Positions 11,740 through 22,041 of a DNA stretch of 64,000 nucleotides are shown piece by piece (positions within the stretch are counted from its first letter, which is position 1; every line of letters begins with the position of its first letter). The notes under the pieces are model-generated. The model saw only the letters and a program-made list of their open reading frames with translations, was not told the origin of the DNA and made no database searches. Location of the stretch: positions 652 through 64,651 of the forward strand of contig CALXYG010000035.1 in the NCBI GenBank assembly GCA_944392885.1, read 5' to 3'. The translations under genes were made by a program, and so were the position numbers. The stretch comes from an uncultured Clostridia bacterium. Its GTDB lineage: Bacteria; Bacillota; Clostridia; TANB77; CAG-508.

Positions 11740-12477
11740 ATGGCAGAAGAGATTGCGCTAATTACAGGAGGAACAAAGGGGATTGGAAAACAAATCGCAA
11801 TTATTTTAGCAAAAGCAGGTTATGACATTGCAATAAATTATCGAAGCCAATCGCCAGAAGTAGAACAAACAAAACAGGAAATCGAGAAAGAGGGTAGGAA
11901 GGTATTACTAGTAAAAGCAGATGTGTCAAAATCAGAAGAATGTAAATGTATGTGTGAACAGATTATCAATAAATGGGGTAAAATAGATATTTTAGTAAAT
12001 AATGCAGGAATTACAAAAGATGGCTTATTAATTAGAATGAAAGATGATGATTTTGAATCTGTAATAAGAACTAATCTAATAGGAACTTATAATGTAAGTA
12101 AAGAAGTAGTTCCATATATGATAAGACAAAAGAAGGGTAAAATAATAAATATCTCTTCAGTAGTAGGAGTAAGCGGAAATGCAGGACAATGCAATTATGC
12201 AGCATCTAAAGCAGGGATAATCGGTTTTACTAAAAGCTTGGCAAAAGAAGTAGCAAGTAGAGGAATATTAGTAAATGCGGTAGCTCCAGGATTTATTAAA
12301 ACGAGCATGACAGAAGTACTAAGCGAAACAGTAAAAGAAAATATAAAAAATCAAATACCACTAAAAAGAATGGGAACTGCTGAAGAAGTTGCAAAAGTTG
12401 TAAAATTTCTGGCTTCAGAAGATAGTTCATATATAACTGGTCAAGTTATTTTAGTAGATGGTGGAATGTGTATTTAA
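11740..12477 (+). CDS. fabG: 3-oxoacyl-ACP reductase
   Basis: SDR fold: TGGTKGIGK Rossmann motif, NNAG, and YxxxK (YAASKAG). Confidence 0.9.
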   Translation: MAEEIALITGGTKGIGKQIAIILAKAGYDIAINYRSQSPEVEQTKQEIEKEGRKVLLVKADVSKSEECKCMCEQIINKWGKIDILVNNAGITKDGLLIRMKDDDFESVIRTNLIGTYNVSKEVVPYMIRQKKGKIINISSVVGVSGNAGQCNYAASKAGIIGFTKSLAKEVASRGILVNAVAPGFIKTSMTEVLSETVKENIKNQIPLKRMGTAEEVAKVVKFLASEDSSYITGQVILVDGGMCI

Positions 12478-12491
12478 AAATGGAGGATAGT

Positions 12492-13736
12492 ATGGAAAGA
12501 AGAGTAGTAATAACAGGGTTAGGGGCAGTAACACCGATTGGAAATAGTGTAGAAGAATTTTGGCAAGGGATTAAAGATGGAAGGTGTGGAATTGAGAAAA
12601 TTACTTTATTTAATACAGAGGAATTTAAGGTAAAACTTGCAGCAGAAGTAAAAAACTTTAATCCAGAAGATTATTTTGATAAAAGAGAAGCAAAAAGGTT
12701 AGATAGATATAGTCAGTTTGCTATTGTAGCAGCAAGAGAGTTAATGAAAGATGCAAATTTACAAGTGGATAAGATTAATCCAGAACGATTTGGAGTAGCT
12801 GTAAGTTCGGGAATTGGCGGATTTGCGACAATAGAAGAGCAAAAGAAAATTTTAATTGAGAAAGGACCAGACCGAGTATCACCAATGATAATACCAATGG
12901 CAATTTTGAATATGGCTGCAGGAAATATTTCCATTGAAGTTGGAGCAAAAGGTGAATCTTTTAGTATGACAACAGCATGTGCAAGTGGAACTCATACAAT
13001 AGGAGAATGTTATCGTATTATTAAACATGGTTATCAGGAGCTTATGATAGCAGGTGGAACAGAGGCTTCGATTACTCCTCTTGGAATTTCTGGTTTTACA
13101 AATATTAAAGCCTTATCGACCATACAGGACAAAACTAGAGCTAGTATTCCGTTTGATAAAGAAAGAAACGGATTTGTAATGGGAGAAGGAGCAGGAGTTA
13201 TTTTGCTAGAAGAATTAGAACACGCAATACAAAGAGGAGCTAAAATTTATGCAGAAATAGTTGGCTATGGAGTAACTTCTGATAGCTATCACATTACTTC
13301 TCCAGCACCAGAAGGAGAGGGTGGAGCAAGAGCAATGAAAAATGCAATAGAGGAAGCCGGTATTACACCAGAGAAAATAGATTATATTAATGCTCATGGA
13401 ACGTCAACTCATTTAAATGACATATGTGAGACTATGGCAGTAAAAAAAGCATTTGGAAGTGCTGCAAAAAATGTGATGATGAGTTCCACAAAAGGAAATA
13501 CTGGACATTTACTAGGTGCAGCAGGAGCAATAGAAGCAATTGCATGTATAAAAGCATTAGAAGATGGATTTGTACCTGCAACTATAGGTTATAGGGTTCC
13601 AGATGAAGAATGCGATTTAGATATTGTACCTAATTATGGTAGAAAACAAAATATAAAATATGTCATGTCAAATTCTTTAGGATTTGGAGGACATAATAGT
13701 AGTATCATAATGAAAAAATATAAAATGGAGGGTTAA
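12492..13736 (+). CDS. fabF: 3-oxoacyl-ACP synthase II
   Basis: KAS-II motifs (TACASG active-site Cys, HGTST, GHLLGAAG); GGAGGA RBS before MERRVVITG. Confidence 0.9.
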   Translation: MERRVVITGLGAVTPIGNSVEEFWQGIKDGRCGIEKITLFNTEEFKVKLAAEVKNFNPEDYFDKREAKRLDRYSQFAIVAARELMKDANLQVDKINPERFGVAVSSGIGGFATIEEQKKILIEKGPDRVSPMIIPMAILNMAAGNISIEVGAKGESFSMTTACASGTHTIGECYRIIKHGYQELMIAGGTEASITPLGISGFTNIKALSTIQDKTRASIPFDKERNGFVMGEGAGVILLEELEHAIQRGAKIYAEIVGYGVTSDSYHITSPAPEGEGGARAMKNAIEEAGITPEKIDYINAHGTSTHLNDICETMAVKKAFGSAAKNVMMSSTKGNTGHLLGAAGAIEAIACIKALEDGFVPATIGYRVPDEECDLDIVPNYGRKQNIKYVMSNSLGFGGHNSSIIMKKYKMEG

Positions 13737-14153
13737 ATGGAATATCAAGAAATTAAGAAATTAATAGAAGATGTAGGAAACTCTAAATTAACAGCTATTG
13801 ATATTGAGTTTCCAGATGGAATTAAAATTAAAATGGAAAAGCCAGGGCAAATAGAACAAATAAAATCACAAGAAAGTCAAGTGATAATAAAAAAAGAAGA
13901 GACAGCTCAGATAGAGAAGGAAAACTATATTAAATCACCAATGGTTGGAACATTTTATTCAAAACCATCGCCTAATGCGAAGGAGTTTGTAACAGTTGGA
14001 AGCAAATTCAAAAAAGGAGACACTGTGTGTATTATAGAGGCAATGAAGTTAATGAATGAAATCGAGGCAGAACAAGATGGAGAAATTGTAGAGATTTTGG
14101 TTCAAGATGGCGATATGGTAGATTTTGGAAAGAAATTATTTAAATGGAAATAA
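13737..14153 (+). CDS. accB: Biotin carboxyl carrier protein of ACC
   Basis: Biotinyl-lysine motif [13 protein letters not shown] in the C-terminal lipoyl-like domain. Confidence 0.9.
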   Translation: MEYQEIKKLIEDVGNSKLTAIDIEFPDGIKIKMEKPGQIEQIKSQESQVIIKKEETAQIEKENYIKSPMVGTFYSKPSPNAKEFVTVGSKFKKGDTVCIIEAMKLMNEIEAEQDGEIVEILVQDGDMVDFGKKLFKWK

Positions 14154-14172
14154 AAAACTAGAGGTGAATAAT

Positions 14173-14595
14173 ATGTTAGATATTAAACAAATTATGGATA
14201 TAATACCACAGCGTGCCCCATTTCTAATGATTGACAAGGTTGAAGATTGTGTACCAGGATATAGTTGTGTAGCATATAAAACAGTTTGTAATAATGAATG
14301 GTATTTCCAAGGACATTTCCCAGGAAATCCTATTATGCCTGGTGTATTAATTACAGAGAGTTTAGCACAAACAGGAGCTGTTGCTATTCTTTCTAAAGAA
14401 GAAAATAGGGGAAAAAATGCATTGTTTGGAGGAATCGACAAATTAAGATTTAAACAAATAGTGGTTCCAGGAGATATATTAAAGTTAGAAGTAAAGATAA
14501 TAAAACAAAAAGGAGCAGTTGGGGTAGGAGAGGCTATAGCAAGTGTAAATGGGAAAATAGCAGCAAAAGGAGAGCTTACATTTGCCATAGTTTAA
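14173..14595 (+). CDS. fabZ: 3-hydroxyacyl-ACP dehydratase
   Basis: Hot-dog fold with FQGHFPGNPIMPGVL motif; RBS gaggtga before MLDIKQ. Confidence 0.9.
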   Translation: MLDIKQIMDIIPQRAPFLMIDKVEDCVPGYSCVAYKTVCNNEWYFQGHFPGNPIMPGVLITESLAQTGAVAILSKEENRGKNALFGGIDKLRFKQIVVPGDILKLEVKIIKQKGAVGVGEAIASVNGKIAAKGELTFAIV

Positions 14596-14655
14596 GAACG
14601 TAAATCCATTCTGAGTGAAAGAGTTTGCTACAAGATTAATTAAAAGGAGGTAAAG

Positions 14656-16011
14656 ATGTTCCAAAAAATTTTAATTGCTAACCGTGGGGAAATTGCAGTG
14701 CGAATTATTAGAGCATGTAAAGAAATGAATATTAAAACAGTAGCTGTATATTCTGAGGCTGATAAAGATGCAATGCATACTTTTCTAGCAGACGAAGCTA
14801 TTTGTATTGGACCTGCAAGTTCTACAAAAAGTTATTTGAATATAAAAAACATATTAGAAGCAGCATGTTTAACAGGAGCTGAGGCAATACATCCAGGCTT
14901 TGGATTCTTGTCTGAAAATGCACAGTTTGCAAAGATTTGCGAAGAAAGCAGAATCGTTTTTATAGGGCCAAAAGCACATATAATTGATACAATGGGAAAT
15001 AAATCAAATGCTAAATCATTTATGAAAAATGCTGGAGTGCCAGTAGTACCAGGATCAAATGGTAATATAAAAGATTTAAATGAAGCAAAAAAAATTGCCT
15101 CGCAAATAGGATATCCTGTTATGTTAAAAGCAACAGCAGGAGGTGGAGGCAAAGGGATTAGACTTATAAAGACAGAAATGGATTTAGAGAAAAATTTTGA
15201 AATAGTAAAACAAGAAGCGAAAAATTCATTTCAAAATGATGAAATATATCTTGAAAAATTCATAGAAAAGCCACGACATGTAGAAATTCAGGTTTTGGCA
15301 GATAACTATGGGAACTGTGTTCATTTAGGAGAAAGAGATTGTTCTATTCAAAGAAGAAATCAAAAGGTATTAGAAGAAAGTCCATCAACAATATTAGACA
15401 AAGAGTTAAGAAACAAAATGGGAGAGGCTGCGCTAAAGGCTACAAAAGCTATAGGTTATACAAATGCCGGAACAATTGAGTTTTTAGTAGATAAAAATAA
15501 GCAGTTTTATTTTATGGAAATGAATACAAGGTTACAAGTAGAACACCCAGTAACTGAGTGGGTAACAGATATTGATATTGTAAAAGAACAGATTAGAATT
15601 GCAGCAGATGAAGAAATGAAATTACAACAAAGCCAAATGCAGTTTAGAGGACATAGTATAGAATGTAGAATTAATGCAGAAAGTCCAAAAATGCAGTTTA
15701 GACCATCACCAGGAGAAATAAACGAACTAAATTTACCAGGAGGAAATGGTATAAGAATAGATACAGCAGTTTACGAAGGCTACACGGTACCTGCATATTA
15801 TGATTCTATGATTGCAAAGCTTATAGTACATGGAAAAACAAGAGAAGAAGCTATTCAAAAAATGAAGAGTGCATTAAGTGAAACTATTATAAATGGAATT
15901 GATACTAATATTCCATTTCTACTTAAAATTTTAAATCATCCTAAATTTTTGAATGGTAATTTTGATACTAATTTCATAAAAGAGGAGTTAGATAAAGAAA
16001 TATGTTGCTAG
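14656..16011 (+). CDS. accC: Biotin carboxylase subunit of acetyl-CoA carboxylase
   Basis: ATP-grasp with MLKATAGGGGKGIR and EMNTRLQVEHPVTE motifs; 451 aa. Confidence 0.92.
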   Translation: MFQKILIANRGEIAVRIIRACKEMNIKTVAVYSEADKDAMHTFLADEAICIGPASSTKSYLNIKNILEAACLTGAEAIHPGFGFLSENAQFAKICEESRIVFIGPKAHIIDTMGNKSNAKSFMKNAGVPVVPGSNGNIKDLNEAKKIASQIGYPVMLKATAGGGGKGIRLIKTEMDLEKNFEIVKQEAKNSFQNDEIYLEKFIEKPRHVEIQVLADNYGNCVHLGERDCSIQRRNQKVLEESPSTILDKELRNKMGEAALKATKAIGYTNAGTIEFLVDKNKQFYFMEMNTRLQVEHPVTEWVTDIDIVKEQIRIAADEEMKLQQSQMQFRGHSIECRINAESPKMQFRPSPGEINELNLPGGNGIRIDTAVYEGYTVPAYYDSMIAKLIVHGKTREEAIQKMKSALSETIINGIDTNIPFLLKILNHPKFLNGNFDTNFIKEELDKEICC

Positions 16012-16835
16012 AGAAATTGAAAAAAGATAGAAAGATTGAAACAACCCCAAGAAAGGGAGATATACCAATTGGAAAATGGGTAAAATGCGAAAACTGTAAG
16101 GAGATACTATATAAAGAAACAGTTCACCAAAATGCTAGCATTTGTCCAAATTGTGGGTATCATTTTCGACTTTCTAGTAGACGAAGAATAAGACAAATTG
16201 TAGATGAGGGAACATTTGATGAATTTTCATTAGATGTACCATTTTCTAATCCTCTAGATCTTGAGGATTATGAAAGAAAAGTAGAAAATTTAAAAGAAAA
16301 AACAGGAACGTCAGAAGCAGTTGTTTGCGGAATTGCTAAGATAGGTGGAATAAAAACTGTTATTGGTGTTATGGATGGAAATTTTTTAATGGGAAGCATG
16401 GGAAAGATAGTTGGAGAGAGAATTACCTATGCAATTGAACAAGCAATAAAAGAGAATCTACCTATTATTATTTTTTGTGTATCTGGTGGAGCAAGAATGC
16501 AAGAGGGAATTATTTCATTAATGCAGATGGCAAAAACTTCAGCTGCTATAGGAAAAATGAATGAAGCTGGATTGTTATATATTTGTGTACTTACAGACCC
16601 TACATATGGTGGAGTAACAGCGAGTTTTGCATCATTAGGAGATATAATTTTGGCAGAACCGGGAACTAGGTTTGGATTTGCAGGACCAAGAGTCATTAAA
16701 CAGACTATTGGACAAGAATTACCAGAAAATTTTCAGACAGCTGAGTTTTTAGAACAACATGGGTTTATAGATAAAATTGTACCAAGAAAAGAAATGAAAC
16801 AGACGCTTGAACAATTACTACGACTACACCAATAA
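16002..16835 (+). CDS. accD: ACC carboxyltransferase beta subunit
   Basis: N-terminal Zn ribbon CENCKEILYK...CPNCGYH; carboxyltransferase GGARMQEG motif. Confidence 0.9.
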   Translation: MLLEKLKKDRKIETTPRKGDIPIGKWVKCENCKEILYKETVHQNASICPNCGYHFRLSSRRRIRQIVDEGTFDEFSLDVPFSNPLDLEDYERKVENLKEKTGTSEAVVCGIAKIGGIKTVIGVMDGNFLMGSMGKIVGERITYAIEQAIKENLPIIIFCVSGGARMQEGIISLMQMAKTSAAIGKMNEAGLLYICVLTDPTYGGVTASFASLGDIILAEPGTRFGFAGPRVIKQTIGQELPENFQTAEFLEQHGFIDKIVPRKEMKQTLEQLLRLHQ

Positions 16836-16883
16836 ATTAAAATTTAATTTATCACTTTAATATTTTTTTAGGAGAGTAGAAAA

Positions 16884-17681
16884 ATGGTAAAAAAACAAAT
16901 AAGTGCTTGGGAAAAAGTACAATTAGCAAGATTGCCACAAAGACCTACATCAGAAGAATACATTTCTAGAATTTTTGATGAGTTTGTAGAGTTAAAAGGA
17001 GACCGCTATTTTGGAGAAGAACAAGCAACAATAGGAGGAATAGGAAGAATTGAAAATCAATGTTTTACTATTATTGCACAACAAAAAGGAAGAACAACAA
17101 AAGAAAACATTGAAAGAAATTTTGGAATGCCAAATCCAGAAAGTTATCGTAAGGCTTTAAGATTAATGAAACAGGCAGAGAAATTCCATAGACCAATTGT
17201 AACTTTTATTGATACTAAAGGAGCATACCCTGGAATTCGGTGCAGAAGAAAGAGGGCAACGGTGAAGCTATCGCACAGAATTTAATGCAAATGTCGAGAC
17301 TAAAAGTTCCAATTATATGTATTATAATTGGAGAAGGATCTAGTGGAGGAGCATTAGGAATTGGTGTAGGAGATAAAATATTTATGTTAGAAAATGCTAT
17401 TTACTCTATTCTTTCACCAGAGGGTTATGCTGCTATTTTATGGAAAGATGGTACAAAAGCTAAAGAAGCTGCAGAGGTTATGAAATTAACTGCAAAGGAA
17501 TTAAAAGAATTAGGAATAATTGATGATATTATCTTAGAGCCAACGCGGTGGCGCACAAAATGATGTAGAGTCTGTGGCAAAAAAGATTAAAAAGGCTATT
17601 ATAATATCATTAAGAGAATTACAAAAACAATCAGTAGAACAACTAATAGAAAATAGATATCAAAAATTTAGAAATATGTAA
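16884..17681 (+). CDS. accA: ACC carboxyltransferase alpha subunit, two frameshifts (about 17250 and 17555)
   Basis: DTKGAYPG... and [17 protein letters not shown] motifs lie in different frames. The C-terminus (...[15 protein letters not shown]...NRYQKFRNM*) is in a third frame and ends at 17681. Confidence 0.8.
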
Positions 17682-17699
17682 TTAGAAAGGATGGTCAGT

Positions 17700-18467
17700 A
17701 TGATATTAGAGGGAAAAACAGTTTTAATAATGGGAATCAGAAACAAATGGAGTATTGCTTGGGGGGCAGCATTATCTGCTCATAAAAATGGAGCTAAAAT
17801 TATATTTACCTATGCTGGAAGTGAAAATCAAGAAAAAATAGAAGATTTAATTTCGGAAATACCAAATAGTAAAGCTTATGAATGTGATGTATCATCAGAT
17901 GAAAAGATAAAAAATGCTTTTCAATTAATAAAGAAAGAAAATGGTAAAATAGATGGAATATTACATAGTATAGCACATGCAAACACAGAGGACTTAAGAA
18001 ATTGCTTTATCAACACCTCAAGAGAAGGGTTCAATCATGCAGGAGAAATAAGTAGTTATTCATTAATTGCAATAGCAAGAATAGCAAAAGAAGAAGAACT
18101 CTTGAAAGAAGAAGCAAGTATAGTAACTCTTACATATTATGGGTCAACAAAGGTATTAACTGGTTACAATGTAATGGGAGTAGCCAAAGCTTCACTAGAA
18201 GCAAGTGTAAGGTATTTAGCAGATGACTTAGGTGAAGAGCAAATTCGAGTAAATGCTGTATCAGCAGGACCAATAAAAACATTATCTGCAAAGGGAATAA
18301 AGGATTTTAATAAAATACTAGATATAGTAGAAGAAAAAGCTCCACTAAAGAGAAATGTTACTATATCAGAAGTAGGAGATATAATTACATTTTTATTTAG
18401 CCCTATGTCAAAGGCAATTACTGGGCAAATTGTGTATGCTGATAATGGTTATTCAATAATGGGCTAA
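17700..18467 (+). CDS. fabI: Enoyl-ACP reductase (NADH), FabI type
   Basis: GIRNKWSIAWG dinucleotide-binding motif and the Y...K catalytic pair of FabI. ATG at 17700 has better RBS spacing than 17691. Confidence 0.85.
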   Translation: MILEGKTVLIMGIRNKWSIAWGAALSAHKNGAKIIFTYAGSENQEKIEDLISEIPNSKAYECDVSSDEKIKNAFQLIKKENGKIDGILHSIAHANTEDLRNCFINTSREGFNHAGEISSYSLIAIARIAKEEELLKEEASIVTLTYYGSTKVLTGYNVMGVAKASLEASVRYLADDLGEEQIRVNAVSAGPIKTLSAKGIKDFNKILDIVEEKAPLKRNVTISEVGDIITFLFSPMSKAITGQIVYADNGYSIMG

Positions 18468-18475
18468 ATATTATT

Positions 18476-18708
18476 AAATAGAAATGGTTTCTATTTTTAT
18501 ATCCTGAGCGTTTTCTTTACGTATTGCAAGTAAAGTACCACGTACTTCAAATGCTCTAGGGTCACCTGAGGGACTTTTTAAAACAGGTTTTATCAGGGTT
18601 CCAGGAATAATTCCTAAATCCAACAATCTTCTTCTGATGTCTCCGAGCACAATTTAAAGCTATTATTTTTGCCTGATGATTAATAGGCAATCTGTCTAAT
18701 GTTGTCAT
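18476..18708 (-). CDS. feoA: FeoA-family small protein (orphan), internal frameshift; missing from the ORF track
   Basis: Minus-strand ATG at 18708 after GGAAGGAG RBS reads MTTLDRLPINHQAKIIALNCA. After a 1-nt shift it continues LGDIRRRLLDLGIIPGTLIKPVLKSPSGDPRAFEVRGTLLAIRKENAQDIKIE*, the classic FeoA SH3-like domain. Confidence 0.7.
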
Positions 18709-18859
18709 TAGTATATCGTCTCCTTCCTTTATGAGTTACTATATTTTATGAAACAAAATAAAAACTTGTGATAAATCCAGAAAAAAAGGAAAAAGTGTTG
18801 AAAAAGGAATGGCATTTAGATATAATAAAAAAAATTGTAATGAAAAGAGGTAATATTAA

Positions 18860-19321
18860 ATGGGAAAAAAACGTGGCTTTGAGATAGCAAAGGGATTTGA
18901 AAATATGCATATTAATTTGCCAACACGAAAAACAAGATATTCAGCAGGATATGATGTAGAAGCGGCAGAAGATACAACTATACCAGCATTTAAACCTGGG
19001 CAAAAACCTACTTTAATAAAAACTGGGATTAAAGCTTATATGCCAGATGACGAATATTTAATGATTGCTAATCGCAGTTCAAATCCTGGAAAAAAAGGAC
19101 TGGTAATTGCAAATGGAATAGGTATTATTGATAAAGATTATTATGGAAACTCAGATAATGACGGACACATTATGTTTGCTTTTTACAATATAAATAGTGA
19201 AGAAATTGTCATAAAAAAAGGAGAAGCGATAGGACAAGCAATTTTTCAAAAATATCTTATGGCAGATGGTGATATTACTACGGAGGAAAGGGTTGGAGGT
19301 TTTGGCTCTACGAGCAAATAA
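18860..19321 (+). CDS. dut: dUTP diphosphatase
   Basis: Trimeric dUTPase motifs (RSSNPGKKGLVIANGIGIIDKDYYG; C-terminal GGFGSTS). Confidence 0.85.
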   Translation: MGKKRGFEIAKGFENMHINLPTRKTRYSAGYDVEAAEDTTIPAFKPGQKPTLIKTGIKAYMPDDEYLMIANRSSNPGKKGLVIANGIGIIDKDYYGNSDNDGHIMFAFYNINSEEIVIKKGEAIGQAIFQKYLMADGDITTEERVGGFGSTSK

Positions 19322-19370
19322 AAAACAGTGGTAACCATAAAAAATTTACTAAAATTAATTACCAAAAGTT

Positions 19371-19399
19371 TTGACTTTTGGTAATTTTTGTAGTATAAT
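19371..19399 (+). promoter_or_regulatory. SigA-type promoter for carD (TTGACT, 17 nt spacer, TATAAT), overlapping the dut terminator hairpin
   Basis: Perfect -10 TATAAT at 19394..19399, -35 ttgact at 19371..19376; palindrome taccaaaagttttgacttttggta. Confidence 0.6.
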
Positions 19400-19445
19400 T
19401 AGTATGTCGGAAAAAAATATTATACAAATAAAGAGGAGTGATAGT

Positions 19446-20006
19446 ATGTTTAACGTTGGAGATAAAATCGTATATCCAATGCATGGAGCAGGGACAATTG
19501 AATCAATTGAAGAAAAAGACATTTTAGGAGAAAAACAAGCTTATTACATACTAAAGATGCCAGGAGAGGTAAAAGCAATGGTTCCTGTTGCAAAAGCAGA
19601 AGATATAGGAATCCGAAACGTAATTGATAAAGAAACCGCGGGAAAGGTTATTGCTGTATTAGAAGAGAATAGTACAGAGATGTCAATGAACTGGAGTAAA
19701 CGTTATCGTGATAATATGGAAAAAATGAAAAGTGGAGATATATACGAAATAGCAGATGTAGTTAGAAATTTAAGTTTTAAGCAAAAGGAAAAAGGACTAT
19801 CTACTGGTGAGAAGAAAATGTTATTAAATGCAAAACAAATTTTAGTTAGTGAACTTGTTTTAGCAGAACACTCCTCAAAAGATTATATAGAAGATTTAGT
19901 TGAAAATAAGATTAGTACATCATTTGCTGAATTTAATCCAGAAAGGCAGGCAAGTAATGTAGTTAAAAAATTTATTCCTTTTAACGGAACTGGAACAGAA
20001 ACTTAA
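19446..20006 (+). CDS. carD: CarD-family (CdnL) RNA-polymerase-binding transcription regulator
   Basis: N-terminal RNAP-interacting domain MFNVGDKIVYPMHGAGTIESIEEK...YYIL; RBS aagaggag upstream of ATG 19446. Confidence 0.8.
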   Translation: MFNVGDKIVYPMHGAGTIESIEEKDILGEKQAYYILKMPGEVKAMVPVAKAEDIGIRNVIDKETAGKVIAVLEENSTEMSMNWSKRYRDNMEKMKSGDIYEIADVVRNLSFKQKEKGLSTGEKKMLLNAKQILVSELVLAEHSSKDYIEDLVENKISTSFAEFNPERQASNVVKKFIPFNGTGTET

Positions 20007-20023
20007 ATTTTTAATATTGCAAT

Positions 20024-20062
20024 CAGAAGAAAAGAGTCCTAAATAAGTTAGGATTCTTTTTT
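20024..20062 (+). terminator. rho-independent terminator
   Basis: aagagtcctaa-ataa-gttaggattctt followed by ttttgg. Confidence 0.55.
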
Positions 20063-20238
20063 GGCTATTTGTTATTATAGAAAATGTAGTTTTCTTTAAT
20101 AATACTCTTTTAAGACAAAAAAATTAAACATAAAAAAATGGTGAAATATAAGTAAAATAGTAGATTTTGAAAGAAAACACCAGGAAGGAATTACATCAAA
20201 TTTGTCGAATAATATAAATATTAAGGAAAGGAAGTAAT

Positions 20239-22038
20239 ATGGTGCGATATAGTGATGAATTAATTGAAGAAATTAGAACTTCTAATGATATCATTGACAT
20301 TATATCACAATATGTAACCTTAAAAAGGAGTGGACGTAATTATTTTGGATTATGTCCATTTCATAAAGAGAAATCTCCTTCATTTTCCGTATCACCAGAC
20401 AAGCAAATATTTCATTGTTTTGGGTGTGGAGTAGGAGGTAATGTTATTCATTTTGTTTCTAAAATAGAGGGCTTAGACTTTAAAGACACAATTGAGTTTT
20501 TAGCAGAACATGCAGGAATATTATTACCTACTTTAGAAAATAGTGAAGATACTCATAAACAGGAATTAAAAGCAAAAATATATGAAATTAATCAAGTTGC
20601 TGCGAAGTTTTATCATGAAAGTCTATACAAGCCAACATCAAAGGTCGGACAAGAGTATGTAAAAAAAAGGAAATTAGATAATCATACACTAAAAACTTTT
20701 TTAATTGGGTATGCAAATCCAAATTATAATGATCTATACAAACATCTAAAGCTACTAGGATTCTCAGAAGAACAAATATTAGCATCTAGTCTAGTTAATA
20801 AAACCCAAAGTGGACAATTTATTGATAGATTCCGCAATCGTTTTATGATACCAATACAAGATATTAGAGGCAAAGTAATTGCATTTGGAGGAAGAGTATT
20901 AGACGATTCGAAACCAAAATACATCAATTCACCAGAAAATATGGTTTACAGCAAGGGAAGAAATTTATTTGGTTTAAATATTGCAAAAAAAAATGATACT
21001 TCTAGATTGCTTATTGTGGAAGGCTATATGGATGTTATATCACTATACCAAAGAGGGATAACAAATGTTGTTGCTTCTTTAGGTACAGCATTGACAGAAG
21101 CACAAGCTAGGCTTCTAAGAAAATACTCAGAGCAAATTATACTAGGTTATGACTCTGATGGTGCAGGGCAAGAAGCAATTATAAGGGGAATGGATATACT
21201 GTCATCAATGGGATGTGATGTAAGGGTATTGCAAATGGATGGAGCAAAAGATCCAGATGAGTATGTAATTAAATTTGGTAGTGGTAGATTTTCAAAATTA
21301 ATGGATGAATCTATTTCATTAGTCGAATACAAGGTGAAAATATTAAAACAAAATAGCAATTTGAATAACACAAATGATAAAATCAAACTATTAAATGATA
21401 TGGCAAAAATTTTTGTAACAATTGATAATCAGATTGAGCAAGAAATATATATTGATAGAATTTCAAAAGAATATAAAATTTCAAAAGAAGCAATTTATGC
21501 TCAAATTAATAAAATGAAATACGGAAACAAAAAAGCTAAAGACAATATAGAAAATGTTACAATAAAAAGAAAAAAACAATTAACAGAAGAAACAATAACA
21601 TCAGAATCATTAAGAAGAGAAAATGTAATAATTGCTTTACTAGTAAATGAAGGAAATAGCGTATATGTAAAAATAAAGGACATTATAAGACCAGAGGATT
21701 TTAAATTAGAGCAAAATGAAAAAATTGCAAAAAAAATGTATGAAGAATTTGAAAAAGGAAAAAGTAATATAGAGAACATATTAGACTTATTAGAAAATCA
21801 AGAAGATTGTGTTAATCAATTAACAGCAATTATGGCAGATGATTTTGAGATAACAGATGTTAACAAATGCGTAGAAGATATTTTATACATATACACAAGA
21901 GAAAAACTAATAAAGCGTAAACAGGAAATTATAAAAAAAATGAATGAGACTGAAATATCAAAAGAAGAAGCCGTGGAGCTAGAAAAGGAATTAAGTGGCA
22001 TTATTATGAAATTGGCAAAAAGAAAATTGGAGGGGTAA
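20239..22038 (+). CDS. dnaG: DNA primase
   Basis: CHC2 zinc finger CPFHKEKSPSFSV...CFGCG; TOPRIM EGYMDV; 599 aa. Confidence 0.92.
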   Translation: MVRYSDELIEEIRTSNDIIDIISQYVTLKRSGRNYFGLCPFHKEKSPSFSVSPDKQIFHCFGCGVGGNVIHFVSKIEGLDFKDTIEFLAEHAGILLPTLENSEDTHKQELKAKIYEINQVAAKFYHESLYKPTSKVGQEYVKKRKLDNHTLKTFLIGYANPNYNDLYKHLKLLGFSEEQILASSLVNKTQSGQFIDRFRNRFMIPIQDIRGKVIAFGGRVLDDSKPKYINSPENMVYSKGRNLFGLNIAKKNDTSRLLIVEGYMDVISLYQRGITNVVASLGTALTEAQARLLRKYSEQIILGYDSDGAGQEAIIRGMDILSSMGCDVRVLQMDGAKDPDEYVIKFGSGRFSKLMDESISLVEYKVKILKQNSNLNNTNDKIKLLNDMAKIFVTIDNQIEQEIYIDRISKEYKISKEAIYAQINKMKYGNKKAKDNIENVTIKRKKQLTEETITSESLRRENVIIALLVNEGNSVYVKIKDIIRPEDFKLEQNEKIAKKMYEEFEKGKSNIENILDLLENQEDCVNQLTAIMADDFEITDVNKCVEDILYIYTREKLIKRKQEIIKKMNETEISKEEAVELEKELSGIIMKLAKRKLEG

Positions 22039-22041
22039 AAA

